Shown: piece by piece, positions 1 through 13,149 of the stretch
Layout: every line of letters begins with the position of its first letter
Position numbering within the stretch: position 1 is the first letter of the stretch
DNA from: Camelus dromedarius
Lineage: Eukaryota
Assembly: GCF_036321535.1 (NCBI RefSeq)
Contig: NC_087437.1
Coordinates: 74,836,001-74,900,000 of the forward strand
Direction: 5' to 3'
Length of the DNA stretch: 64,000 nt
The notes under the pieces: model-generated
What the model was told of the DNA's origin: nothing
The model's database searches: none
Seen by the model: the letters and a program-made list of their open reading frames with translations, nothing else
Program-made: the position numbers and the translations under genes

Positions 1-1599
1 TTAGAGGCATAAGCCAATGAAATGAAACAAATTAGGTGAATGGGTGACCCTACTTTGACTCATAGGTGAATGTGGCCTCGTCCACTCAGTTTCACAGTGG
101 AGTTTGTATTCGATCCTTCATGGGCCAGAAAATCTTATCCTTCCTGGTGAACGGAGCCATCTCTGACCTCCCCACCCCCCAAATGAGATTTGTCTGCCCT
201 TTCTTACATCAGCATATCTTCAGTACTTAGGCCATGCTTCCCTGTATTACGGTTATGTGTGTACATTTCAGTATTCTTGAGTAGATTGCATGCTTCCTGA
301 AGGCTGACACTGCAGCTTCCTCCTGTTTGTATGCCTTCAGCACCTAGCACAGTGCCTGTTACCTAATAGCCCTCTTTAAAGATGAACCTAATTGAATCAA
401 CTGATTCAAATTAAACTGAACTACATTAAACTGAGTCCGTATTTTCCTGCACCAGTCTACCAGTACGCAGTCTTATCCTACTGACAGCAAAAAGCAAGCA
501 AGCAAACAAACAAAAAACACAACTAAAGTATAGCAGTTTTGTTTTTATGTTAACAAAACTTGAGTTTTAAATAGTGTTCCCTATAGCTTGTCTTTTCTTA
601 TGATCTATCAAAGAAAAAAGTTGGATGCATAAAAATCGGCAATCTTAATTACAAAGACATAAATGCTCTTTAAAATGAAATTGGAATGTCTATCTTTGAA
701 AACTAGAAAGATCAAGCGGCATGAATTCATGAAACTCATCAATGGAGTCTGTTTACAATTTGATGCTTTATACTTAGAAATGATTACTTTAATATGATAT
801 GAGAGACCTTGGTAAGCTCCCATGGTCTCTTCCATATAAATGAAATATAAATGTTGGAAGAAAATAGTGTGAAATCAGATATAATACTATAAATTTTTTT
901 AAACAAGAAAAAAGAAAAGAAAGAAAACTTTATTCTACCAAGGAGCAGGCTGAATTTAGTTTGTGCTCTGAGTCATGCCACCAATGCAATCAGACTCTGT
1001 AAACTGCAAAGCTTTTGAGAGTGCAATGCTCATTTATCAAATTCTGATAAGAAGGGGTGGAGGGCATGGTGCTGCCTTGCATGATCCAGTGATTATCAAC
1101 ATCAGGAGAAGGTGGAGGATCAGATAACGTGTTGAAGGAGAAGAGGATACTATCCCTTATAAACATTGTACTGAACTTTCAACAGCATTCAACCTATTGA
1201 AAATATAAGCTAGTGACAGCATTTCGTTTTGTGAAGTTATTTGAGATTCTCAAAGAGTTGCTAACTGAGGACAAATTTTTTCCATGGCACCTGGTGAAAG
1301 ATTCAGTTTTAAATTGATTTGGCCGCAGATGGGTTTGATACAGTTTTTATACACTAAGATAGAGTATAACATGTCATTATGATCAGGTCAAGCCTCAGAG
1401 GTATCGTTTCTCTCCTAGAACTGAGGGAATATTCCATTACCCCCATGGTTTTGGTTTACATTTAGGCAGAGGATGACAGCAACTACATCCCAGGAATGAG
1501 TAAGCGTTTCTGAAAAGTCTGTGCTACAGGCAGAAAGTAGCTCTTTAGTGAGGCACAAGATGTCAGATTCAGACTCGGTATAATACAGAAACTATTTTT

Positions 1600-1884
1600 T
1601 TCCCATTTTTAAAATTGAAGTATAGTTGATTTACAATGTTGTATTAGTTTCTGGTGTACAGCATAGTGATTCAGTTATACGTACATTTTTTTTTCACGTT
1701 CTTTTTCATTACAGGTTACTATCAGCCACTGAATATGGTTGCTTGTGCTATTATAGTAGGGCCCCGTTGTTTATCTGTTCTTTACATAGTAGTTTGCATT
1801 AGCCAATCCCAAACTCCCAATTTACCCCTCCCTCACCACTCCCCTTAGTGAACCATAAGTTTGTTTTCTATGTCTAAGAATCTC
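1600..1884 (-). mobile_element. 5'-truncated L1 3' UTR (cetartiodactyl-type)
   Basis: T-rich start then ttgaagtatagttgatttacaatgttg; TSD cag(a/g)aactattttt at 1586-1599 and 1885-1898. Confidence 0.88.
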
Positions 1885-3837
1885 CAGGAACTATTTTTGA
1901 ATTACTACATAGAATATTGTTTTGTCTTGGAAGCTAGAATTTTGTTTTTATTTATTTTTCTCAATTTGTGAATAAAATGAAGCCCTGCTGAAGGCAAACA
2001 GGAGGTATAGTCTTTCTTTCACCTTTCTCCTCCACTTAAGTACACTTTATTCCCTCTTGCTGTCATAACTACTAACTCTTCAATGCTGTTATCAGGACGT
2101 GGGGGCATGTACCCCCAGTATGTTAATAGTAGGGGCTGGATTCATTTGGAGAAATTAGCTAAAGTGTTGGAGAAATGTATTCGGTTTTGTATTCATTTTC
2201 AGTGTGACTGCTGCAGATTTTAAAACTTGCTACAGCTTGAGATGCCTTAGGTTTAATGTGGTTTGGTAAAGTTTAAGGACTTGCCTAATAGATTTCTCTT
2301 TTACTAGATGTAGGTGGTTCAGGGTCTTTGAAAGATTGAACAGATCCTTCTCGGTTTGGAGAGGAGGGGAGCTGCCTATTATCTGGAGGTCACTGTCATC
2401 TTGAGATCCAGGCTGCCCCTACTGTTCAGGGGTTCCTTCTCCTTCCTTTTCCCCATTTATTTGATAATGTGTATATCTACCACACAGTAATGTAAAGACA
2501 GACAATGGGGAATTTACAGATTTATGCTTCAGGTGTTCCTTCATTCAGCTGTTTTACTGGACACCCCCAATGATCTAGGCACTTCTTAGAATCTATCTAT
2601 TTTGAACACATTCCATGTACATTGTTCCTAGTACTAAAGTTGTTACAAAGATCTATCAAACATTGTTTCTTGTGTGGGAGAAGGTCATTTCAGAGGAAGT
2701 TTCCAAATGAGGTCAGTTGGATTTTTTCATGAGGACAAATCCAGTTGGGGGAGGAAGAAAATTCCAGGAAAGAAAAGAGTATGGGTATAGAGCAAGGTGC
2801 TTGAATGGACACAATACATTAGTCAGTTATCATCTGAGGCTATCATAGTAATGCTTGCAAATATTGTACTGGCCTAACTTAAAAAAATTTCTCTATGTTA
2901 TTGATGTTCAATAATTTCAGTGAGTTCTGTTGGCTGTCTCTATAAACAAATTGGAGTAATTTAAAGATGTGTCATTAATACAAATGTATACAGTCTAGCA
3001 GTTTAAGTAAAAATATCAATCTGTTTTATGATGTGGTGTCTGGATCACACAAGTTCTTGATGAGGCTTTGAGGGGTAATGCATGCCAAGGCATCTTCGTC
3101 ATTATACACTGAATAATTGATAGTTGATAATATGTGGCATTTATTGAGCATCAGCAATGTACTAGCTAGTTTACAGAACAGAGAACTATCAAGGAGCCCT
3201 GCCCAGTTGGCTCACTATCAAAACACAGTCTGTCATTTGCTAAGTCTTCCATGCTTCACTAAACTGAAAGCAAAGAACGCATTTCTGGAGAATCACTGTG
3301 GACGTGAATGGGGCCAGATTTCCTCTGCAGGTAGCTCTGTGGGTGTTAGTATTAGTCCCATAGGGAAGCAGTCTGTTCTCATGATTCTGGTAATCTCAGA
3401 AGATAAACTTGATAATCTAGTGTAGATCTGAAGTAAAGGCTGTTCTATCATTTCATGATGCTTTTTTTTTTTCCTGCTGCAACCTGTAATTGAGCCCTTA
3501 CCGTGTGACTTACTCAGGATCAAAATATAAGTACATATGTTTCAGTCTAGTGTGCAAAAACAACAGTTGGATTCTCCAGGAAAAGGCTTGGTTTTAAAGG
3601 ATTTAAATTGTTGCTTAAAATGCCTTGTTCCTTGAGAAGAAGATATGGGAGTTAAGATATTGGAGAGAGTTATGGATGAGGGCACTTGAAAATGAAATAC
3701 TGTGGGTGGGTAAGGGGATTGAGGAGTATAAGCAGAGAATCTTGAGGGGCAAGAGGTTAAAAGGAGAGCAACAGCTGGCACAGTGGTTGGATAAGAATGG
3801 CAGGAATTGCTTTCCATGAATTGTTACTGGGTGGAGA

Positions 3838-4231
3838 TACGTTAGTTTGCTAGGGCTGCCATAGCAAACACCAGAGAATGGGTGGCATAGGCAATAGAAA
3901 TTTGTTTCTCATGGTTCTGGAGGCTAGAAATCCAGGATCAAAGTGTTGATGGATTTGGTTTCCTTTGGGCCACTCCTTTTGGCTCTTCTTTGGCCCCCCT
4001 CTTGCTGCCTCTTCACATGGTTTTCCCTCTGTGAACACATGCATCCCTGATGTCTCTGTCCTATTTTCCTTTGCTTACAAGGACACCAATCAGATTGAAT
4101 CAGAGCACACCCTCACAACCTCATGTTAACTTAATCACCTCTTTGAAGGCTTTCTCTCTGAATACAGTCACGTTCTTAAGTACTAGGCATTAGGGATTCA
4201 ACATAAAAATTTTGGGGGGATACAGTTCACA
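3838..4231 (-). mobile_element. MaLR solo LTR, MLT1B-like
   Basis: Ends gttagtttgctagggctgccatagcaaa and aaaattttggggggatacagttca match recalled MLT1 termini. Confidence 0.8.
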
Positions 4232-6979
4232 GGTAGCAAAGAGAAAACTCTTCAAATATGTGTAGTTTTGCTTCTCTCAACTCTTGTTTATCCAAAAGGA
4301 ACAGGAATATTTGGAAGGTGAATGGAGAATAGTAGGGGGGAGGAAGAGTCCCCATGAGGTTCTCTCAGCTGATGATAAAAATTTTCTTTGGTGAGACTGC
4401 TTTTCCTCCTTGAAAAGAAGAAAGGTTTGAGAAAGATAAGAAATGCTCTCCCACAACCCTCCCTCTTCATCTCTCCTGATTTGGTTCCCATCCTAGAATA
4501 TTAAAAATTGTGAAATGATTTCTATTTCTGGGTCAACATGTCAAGGCTAATGTAAAATTTTAGTTCCTTTTCCCACTGAGGTTGACCAACAGGTTGATGG
4601 GTACATTTTTTTCCCATGGAAGCAAACTGTATCATGGCAGGTATAAATGGGCAAGAGTGAGTTAGGGTGCTTGGCAAGAGGCCTTTATACCCAGGCAGCA
4701 TTGGTTTCATTTTTAGGAGACTATTCAGATAGAATTCACAAATTTTTCATGAGCCCTAAAACCAGATTATTTGGTTTACTCCTGGTCATATAATAGGTAT
4801 TAAATGCACTTTATTATAGTCAATTTCTTTGTTATCCACTGTAATATATTGCTCAAGAAATCCTGAGAATATATCCTCTGGAACTAGAAAACCAAATTTA
4901 GTGCAGGTTCCAGGCTCTTGAAATTGTGATCATCCCCATAAAGAGGGTTACTATGAAGAATAAAGATTTAACTTTTAATAGAGGTGTAATGGCTAGAGAA
5001 TCTCAATCTCTTTCAATGCCCCAGTCCCCTTTAGGTCAGTGGGATGCCACATTCTCTACTGTCACCATCAGACTTTCTGCTCAGGGTTAATAATCCTTGG
5101 TTACTAAAGACGAGACATATAATGCTATAAAAAGGAGAACTTTAGGTGAGGACAAGCATGGAGGGATAGTCCTGAAGTGGAGGATGAGAAAAAGGAAGAG
5201 ACTACAAACTTAGAAAGAATAAGCATTAGGACTCAGTTTAAGATAATTAAACAAAGACATTTTATGGTCTGATTGAGATACAGGTACAAAGATAAGACCA
5301 TGACAGAGACTGAGGGAATGTCTGTGCTCCAGGGGAAAATGAAAGACAGAAGAGAGGATAGGAAATGACCAACTATACACTCTAGGTCCATCAGGCACCT
5401 AGATGTCTTGAAGAAACTTTTTAACCCCTAAGTTATACAATAATGTGAGACAAAATTCAATAAATCCAGTCAAGTCTATGATCCCAGTCCCTTTAAGTCC
5501 TTGGCATGTAATGGCATGCCTCTTTCTGGGGGAAGATCCTGTGAGTGGGAAGTTGATGATAATAATTATTCATCACCTTCGGTATTACGGGGATTTTCTA
5601 TCTATACGAGTTAGATACAAGAAGAAAGGTAATATCACTTTACACCTTGTTGAAGAAATTTCAGGCTACAAATAACAAGATGGTGGAGTGTTAGGCTGAT
5701 GATAGAAGACCCCTAATATCACAACACAGGCTCCTTTCTTTTACATGTTAGATATTTTGCATTACTTAGTTGTTATATATATGGTAGAATAAAGAAGTTC
5801 TACGTATAAAATACATGAAGTCCAACAATAAAACAAACCCCAAAACTATTCTAAAACTGTTGTGCAGCTTTGATTACAGACAAACGTTGTCCCTGCTCTA
5901 AAAAGTTTTTTTTATTATTATTATAACATTATTTGAGCTTACCTCAAGTAACAGAAGTCTGGCAATTTCATATGAGAGGAATATGATAGTAGTGAAAGTA
6001 GCAAATTTCATTTCAGAAACAAAAATTTATTTAAGTGTCTAAAATATACCAGGCATTTTCTGGATGTTATTGTGGGATGATATGAGGGGAAGATAATACA
6101 ATTATGGGTAAGAAAGGTCCCCAGACTGAAAATTGTCTGTTGGAGAACATACAGGACAATTTATTGTATTTCAAAGGTCTGCAATTTGAGTTAGAGAGGA
6201 AATTTTAAGAGGTGGTTCTTTTGGCCACAGCAGGAAAAATGTGCTTATTCCTTCCTTTGAATTGCCAGTGATTCATTGCACGTCTGTAAGTGCTGTGCTC
6301 AAAGGTCAGGGTACAAGTCTCCCTTACATGTGTGAGGTTTTTTCCACCTTTGAACTTTTAAAAAGACTTTGATTACAGAATGCTCCCAAAGATCAGTGTG
6401 TGTTGTTTCATCACTTTGCATTCTACTAATGCACTCAATTTGGCTATTTGCAATGATTTTTGAAAGAGTTTTTCTTTGAAAGAATATGGAACAAGTTTGA
6501 GAGGAATCTGGACACATTGGTTCCCCTTCATTTTCTAAGGAGAAATCCAAGGAAATACAATTATAGGAAATGCCATCTAGTCTTCTCTGGCTGAGGCTAG
6601 TGTATAATTATTGGCAAACTATTGAGTGGATATACAGCCTCAATTCAGAAATGAGGCATCATATCTAAATGGGGGTTCAGTACAGAAAATATATTTGCTG
6701 ATTTTTTGGATCAGTCTTGACAAATACGAACTTATAGCCACAAAATTCACATGTCCCCATATCTTTACCCAAGTGTGTCTCTTCTTGGTATCTTTAACCA
6801 GCTTCTCCCATTTTCTTGAACATCTCAGCCTCTGACTTCAGAGGCACACAAGGCTAAATAACTTCACTAGTATTTTCCATAACACAAAATTATATTTTAT
6901 TGACAAATGATAACCCATTGTTAGCTAACTCCATCGAAAACAGGAAAACCACATATTCATTTAAAGTGCATGGACATTT

Positions 6980-7920
6980 CCCTACTTGGATGGCTGTTTA
7001 ATGCTATACCCTAACAGGAAAAAAAAATGAACTCATTCTCTTCTACCTTTCAAACTGGTAATTTTTGGTGACTTACCCAATACTGTCAACAGCAACACCA
7101 TCTCCCTAGGACTTCAAGCTTAAAAACATGGGGTGACTTTTGCCCTCTCTTTCCTGCCTCCCTCAGACCCCTGAAGAACTAAGTTAAGCCACCCAAACTT
7201 GTATTTCTTCCCCTACATTTACTAGTATCTTGTGATCGCATTTAGAGATGCCCACTCCCACACGTTCCTCATCAAGACCTTTCATAGTCATTTCCTTTTC
7301 TCCTTTGGCACCACCCCAGTCCTCGTCTCCGTTGTTTGCTCTCCGCATTATTGCAAGTCTTCTACAGCTGACCTTTACACCTTCATAAGCTATCAGGACA
7401 CCCAGTTCATCTCTTTCTCCCATAACATCAAGATTCTCCCCAGCTCAAGGGGCTACTCCTCACTTTCTGCTGCAACACTCTGAGAACTGGCCTTCCCGCT
7501 TCTAGTCTTGAACTCCCCGTCTAGTATTCGCATGCTTCTAGAGCAATCCGTATGAAGCATAAACTCAGTCATAGTGCTTTACGGTGTAAGGCCTGACTCT
7601 GGTTTCCCACCACCCACAGGATACATTCATTCCAAATTGTTCAATACAGCATTCAGGGTCCACCATGATCTGACCCCCACTTCATTCTCAGTCCTTTTGA
7701 ACCTTGAAACTCCTCCCCTCCTGGCCCACTTTGTGCCCCCAAACTCCAGACACAATGAGCTACCTACTGAATATCTCAGTAGCTCCATACTTTTGCTTTT
7801 TCTAACTGAGCATTCTTACCCAGAAAGCCAATCCTGATTTTGTTTACCTGGCAAATGTAAGGTCATCTTTCAAAGCGCTGTTCAAGTGCCATCACTTTTT
7901 TGAAATCTTTCCTAACTCAC
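6980..7920 (+). mobile_element. Degenerate L2 fragment
   Basis: L2-like motifs (aactcattctcttc, caccatctccctag, ttcaagtgccatcactttttgaaatctttcc); boundaries approximate. Confidence 0.6.
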
Positions 7921-8879
7921 CTCCCTCTTTGGAGCCTGAACTTCTTTCAGAGGACCTTGATGCACCAACTGTTGCTTAAAAGTCCATTGGTGTGGTGGAA
8001 ACTGTATATTGTCTCCCTTAGTCTCCTGCATCTTCTCTGCAATCTCTCCCGTTAGAAAGATTGAAAAACTAGAAACCGTACTTAGATTCTGAATGTGAAA
8101 AAATATTGTTTTGTTTTGCTGCTACTATGCAGGACATGGGATGTGAGTGAGCAGAGGCAATGGGCAGCATCAGTGTTCCTGTATATGGAAACCATCCTCA
8201 TGGGTAACTGGAGGGGGTTGTAGCAGTGGCATCAGGAGGCTGCTGCCCTCTATTCTGCAGCTTCATAGTGTGAGGCTGAATTCAACTGTCCCGTGTGGCC
8301 CCTGATTCGGCCCTTCTATCTGTTCCCTGGTTTTTGTCAATATCCATTTCCCTGCATTATATTTCTTTGTGCCTGACGTGCCTGGAATGGTTTGTTTCCT
8401 ACATTGAAACCTGATACAGTCTGGCTCTATTGAACTGTAATCCCTGGAAGGCAGAAACAAGATATTTTTATTTTTATATTCTTAGAATCTACCATCGAGC
8501 TGTCTCTCACCAAATAAATGGCTGATTCACTGCATGAGCCAATAAGAGTTCCAAATTACACGTCACACTAAACATAAATTTCACCCTGATGCTCCAACTT
8601 ATCTTTAATGCTCTCCTTCCTTATCTGGCCAACATTGTCTCCTCCTGCCCTTCAGTCTAATAATTTTAGTTATGACACTCTGTATACAGACACGTGTCTC
8701 GCCCGCTTCCTCAATCTCTGTTCTAGTGGCTGCTGCAAGTGTCTTCCTTCCTCTCAACTCCCATATACCACTTCTGGCAAGAAAAGACTATAAATCATAG
8801 GTCATCATAAATAATCTCCTGGTGTCCAGTAATGTAAAGAAAGTATGCTTCTAATGCTTTCTTGCATTATGCTTTGTCT

Positions 8880-9345
8880 CTCTATTGGTTAGGGATAATT
8901 TTGGCTACAAGTAAAAGAAAATCCAATTATAATTACTTAAACCAATAAAGATGAAGTTTAAGTCTTGTTTCATAATGAGAAATCTGGAGGGGAGTGACTG
9001 CTGGTTTGGGTTTAGTAATTCAAGAATGTTTGGGCAGCTTCACACGGTTCTCTTGACCTTTCCCTCATGGATGCAAATGACACCCCCAAATCCAAGTATT
9101 GTTTCTGTATTCAAGGCAGAAACAAGGGAGAAGGGAGCCAGAACCAGCCCTGCCTATGCCTTTTATCTAGTGGGTTTCTAGAAACCACTCAGCACACTTC
9201 AGCTTTCATGTTGTTTATGAGGACTGAGTCAGATGGCCACACTTTGCTATAGGGTAGTACAGGAAAGCAAATTTTCAGCTTTGATAGTAGAAAGAGGAAA
9301 GGTGGGAAAATGGCTAGTGGCTAAGCCAACCCAGAGTGAATACCT
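8880..9345 (-). mobile_element. Old MaLR LTR (MLT1J/K-like)
   Basis: ttagggataattttggctacaagtaaaagaaaatcc start and gtcagatggccacact motif; subfamily uncertain. Confidence 0.55.
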
Positions 9346-11758
9346 TAATTTATAACTCGTTTAATACCATCATTATTCTTTGGGCAAGCTTTAGCTTCAT
9401 ATTTCCACCATCTCCAGAGGTGCTTATCACAGGGCTGAATACCTAGAGTCTAAAGATGGTCAGTTATACAGAGGACAGAAATTCCGTAATGAAAACCCCA
9501 CCGCTGTCTAACATGGAGTAGATTGGAATAGATGAAAACACACTGACCAGGTTCACACAGAAGCAAGAAAATGAGCAAGAAGGGTGTGAGCTGCTTTCAG
9601 AAACATTTCAGTATTATCAATTGCGAGGCACTGGCGTCTTTCAACATTATCATCTTAACAGCATTTGCTTTCTGTGTTTATTCTCTTATACTGACATCAC
9701 TTCGAAAGTGGCATACCATTGTGCATGCTGGTAGGTACAAGTATTGTTTTTTATGTTTATGAACTTTGTCTCAAATTTAAACATGTTTGTGAAGAGCAAT
9801 GAGATGTTGGTTCATACAAAGTTATTTAAGTGAAAGGGGGGAAGTGGGGTTTGAAAGATCTGAGCCATTGTTTGTGACTAGTACATGCGTGCTGCAAAGC
9901 TGAAAAGTTCAGTCAGGAAGAGCTGAAGTCTCTCATCTCAAATTGACTGTCCTTAACCTCAGGATCAACCATAAGAGGAGCAGATGACGTATTTGTTTAA
10001 GATTTCCCCTTCCTGCTATTCCTCGAGTATTTTTATCATGAAATAATGTTAAAATGAATCCTGAGGCAGGGCCGAGGGAGGTGGCTGAGACAGGAAATCC
10101 CCAAAGTATACCTTAAAGAGGAACAAGAATTGCCTTTATGACAGAGTGGCCAAACAGAGCTGAAATGGGGAAAAGGCTTTTGGTGGATTGTGTGCAATGA
10201 TCTCAGGAATTTTTTTTTTTAGCACCATCAAACAGATTCCCCTGCATGCCTGTCATCCAGGCCAATCAGTACTGTCTAGAGCTTTGGGACTGCCCACTTA
10301 CTGTAGGAGGGCTCTGCTCAGATTATTAGAAGAAGTGCTTCAGTGATAATCACACCCTTTCCTCTGGTAGAAATTAGGTATTACAGCCTTTGCTAATTAC
10401 AGGCTAGTGGCTCTGGTGCCCTCCCAATGGTAAATTGCTTTGAGGTAGCAGCTGGAAATTGGGGTAGTAAAATAAATCCAGAAGAGGCTCATCAAGCTTT
10501 TCTTACCCATAAAATGAAAATAAAATATATTTTCCTTGAAGTTCTATGAAAGGAAAAGTTGGAAATATAGCTCACGTTGCTTAGTAAAGAAAACTTTGCT
10601 ATCAAAACACCATCACATCAGCTACCGTTAAAACAAAAATGCAATCAAGAAAATTACTTGAAATGTGTATGTTTACTTCTAGTTTTGAAATTAAAGTAGA
10701 ACATCATGTGCCTTTAGGTTGCCATTCAAATTCTCTCCTCCTCTATTTTGTCTTATAAATGTAGTGGCTGATAAACTTCTGTCCTTAGAAGTAGATTGAG
10801 TACCCCCAAACTGACAATTTTTTTTTCCTTTTTGTGAACCTCATTGCTTGTGTAATGCCTGGAAATCACAAACACATCTAGTTCAACTTCTTTATTCCAT
10901 AGATGCTTATTTCTAAGTTTAAAACTCTCATACAAAACCTCTGCTGCATACTATTGAGCTACATTACTTGCAAGTCATATTGTCCTAGAATGAATGAGTT
11001 TGAACACTTAAAAGTCAACTAGGTGTAATAATTCCTCATCCCAGCCAGGTCCTTTTCATAACACATCCTTGACAAACCCTGTTTCAGCTCGGGATTTGCT
11101 GACTCAGTGCTTTGTATCCTGTTTTGGATAGCTGGCGTACACAGCCCTTCCTTATATTTACCCCCAAGGCCCTGCTTTCTACATTCCACCTGCCCACTTC
11201 TGTCTTTTGCAACAACACAGAATGTCTATTCTTTGAGCCAGGCCAGCACATCAAAGATGTGAATGTCAACTGACAGGTGAAAGCGGTTCTCCTGGAACAC
11301 AAGCCTTTACATTACAGCAAAGTCCAAGTTCTGTTCTGATTGCCTTTAGTTCTTCCTTCCTTTCTCTCTCTGGCTGACCTCTTTTCTTCTTTCTTTCAAC
11401 TGGAGAAAACAGGATTAGCCCGGGCAACACAGGAAGAGAAGTGTTGGGGTAAGAACACAAAGTGCTTAACCTCTGCTGTGTCAATCACGCAAGAAAACGA
11501 CCCATTTTCTTTACCTACCTCCCCCTGCCCTCTTTCCGACCTCACGACCCAGATTCTTCCCATTCTGTGTGTTTATGTGTGTATAAGAGTATGGTCATTT
11601 CTGATCAATTTCTAGCCCCAGCCTTGAGCTCCATTTTCCAGTTGGGGAATGATAGGAACGAGTGTCTAGGAAGGTTACTTGAATCTCAGTTTGGGAAGAG
11701 GAGCCTGGCTTTATTTTCACCAGGTGGGTCACAGTGCAGGGTGAGCTTCGCGCTCCAG

Positions 11759-11772
11759 CCGCCAGGGGGAGC
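11759..11772 (+). promoter_or_regulatory. CTCF/CTCFL-like core motif CCGCCAGGGGGAGC
   Basis: One mismatch to the CTCF core CCGCCAGGGGGCGC; binding not demonstrable from sequence. Confidence 0.6.
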
Positions 11773-11797
11773 GCGTGCTCGCCGAGCAGGTGTCTGC

Positions 11798-11830
11798 GCG
11801 TGGGCGTGGGCGTGGGCGTGGGCGAGGGCG
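11798..11830 (+). repeat. (GCGTGG)4 GCGAGG GCG tandem repeat; five G3 tracts
   Basis: Read directly; GGG at 11802, 11808, 11814, 11820, 11826. Confidence 0.92.
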
Positions 11831-11889
11831 AACGGCTGCTGCGCGCGGCGTCTCCGTCACCTAGGGTCGTGCGGGTCGCGTTCCAGGGC

Positions 11890-11954
11890 ATGGGCGACAA
11901 GTATGCTGCTCTGCGGAGGGCCCGGCTGCATCTGGATTTTATCCACGCCAACTC
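11890..11954 (+). CDS. MORC1: MORC1 coding exon 1 (MGDKYAALRRARLHLDFIHAN-S)
   Basis: ATG in a strong Kozak context (ggcATGG) inside the CpG island; donor TC|gtgagt. Confidence 0.95.
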
Positions 11955-13149
11955 GTGAGTGCCCTGGGGTAGCCATAGGGGAGGCTTTCACACGAAAGAG
12001 GAGATTTTTGTCCATCTCCTAGCGAAGTACCCCTTAAAAAAAAGGAACTTGGTACTATTGATTTATGGAACTATTTATTTAAAGTGTACATGGCTTTTAG
12101 AAAACTTTAACGAAAAAGTGATGAAGTTATATATTCTGGGTCAGGTGCTCTTCAATGACACCGAGCGGTAGGAAGGCCCAGGTTTATCATTTAACAAAAC
12201 TGTTTTAATTGTAGGTCAGCGCAAGCCTCTTCCTACCAACCTTCCTTATCTCTAGTGATTTCTCTACCCCACACACTGACATTTTAAAGATTAAAGTTGC
12301 CCTCCAGAGAGTAATTTGTATTTATTGATTCCAGCCTCGGTTGCATCCTGAGTCTTTCTGAAAATGTAACCTCTCCGATGATAGGAATCTCACATCTCAC
12401 ATTTGCTTGTTACTAGGGCACTGTTTCTCCTCTGTCAAGCCCAGATGCCTTTTGGCTACTCTTTAGGTGTTATTTCAGATTTTCATTTTCACATTGCAGA
12501 GGCAGGTGATGGAGGTTTTCTCTTTCATGTCATTTCCAACCCAGCAAAGCGTGGCAGTGAATGCTGTGTAATTCATAGTGCTATGCTGACTTTTTGGAAC
12601 CTTTTAGTAATTTGGATTTATTAGGAGTAATGATTGATAGAAAAGATGCAGCAAATTTGAAACCACAGAAATGGAAGTAAAAAAACCTGGCCTTGCTGCT
12701 TGAAACAAACAGTATGTTTCTTACAACAGAATAAAACAGACAATGTTCAGCAGATAGTTAGGTTTTTATCTCGTTATCATGGAGAATGATTTCACGCTGG
12801 GAAGGATGGTACAAATAGTTAAAAGTTAACTGAGGTAGAAGACAGACGAAGAAATAGCAGTTTTGAGTGGGTTGAAGAAAAATTATAAGCTGAGTGCTGA
12901 AAGGACTGTGAATTTTCTTAGAAAAGTTCCCCAGACTCAGTTTTGTATAATTTTGGCAACTATTGCTCCCCAGCCTCCTCCGCCCCCAAACTGCCCCCAC
13001 CCAACTCACCCCATTGTCAGTTGGCCGTCTGGTACTTAATAGCAGAACAAGAGCATGAAGCAACCGCCACAGAACCAGATACAGATTGGCATCTTCTCAG
13101 CCCTCCTTGGTAAGATTTTTGAGACTTGCCTCAATAAAAACAGGAGTGA

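Larger units (their letters stand above)
11735..11960 (+). promoter_or_regulatory. Small CpG island / MORC1 promoter and 5' UTR
   Basis: The only extended CpG-dense, GC-rich stretch in the window; it spans the start codon; no TATA box evident. Confidence 0.88.

Noticed and set aside
1..11700. A divergent neighbouring gene (I recall C3orf85 upstream of human MORC1)
   Set aside because: I could not find a matching coding exon on the minus strand; a non-coding divergent exon cannot be supported or excluded from sequence alone.
11734..11889. In-frame N-terminal extension of MORC1 from a GTG at 11734
   Set aside because: Non-ATG start running through the promoter repeat (GVGVGV); ATG 11890 has a strong Kozak context and matches the known N-terminus.
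11462..12022. 186-aa + strand ORF and the overlapping 118-aa minus ORF (11595-11951)
   Set aside because: By-products of the GC-rich island and hexamer repeat (WAWAWA / PTPTPT); the real exon is in another frame from ATG 11890.
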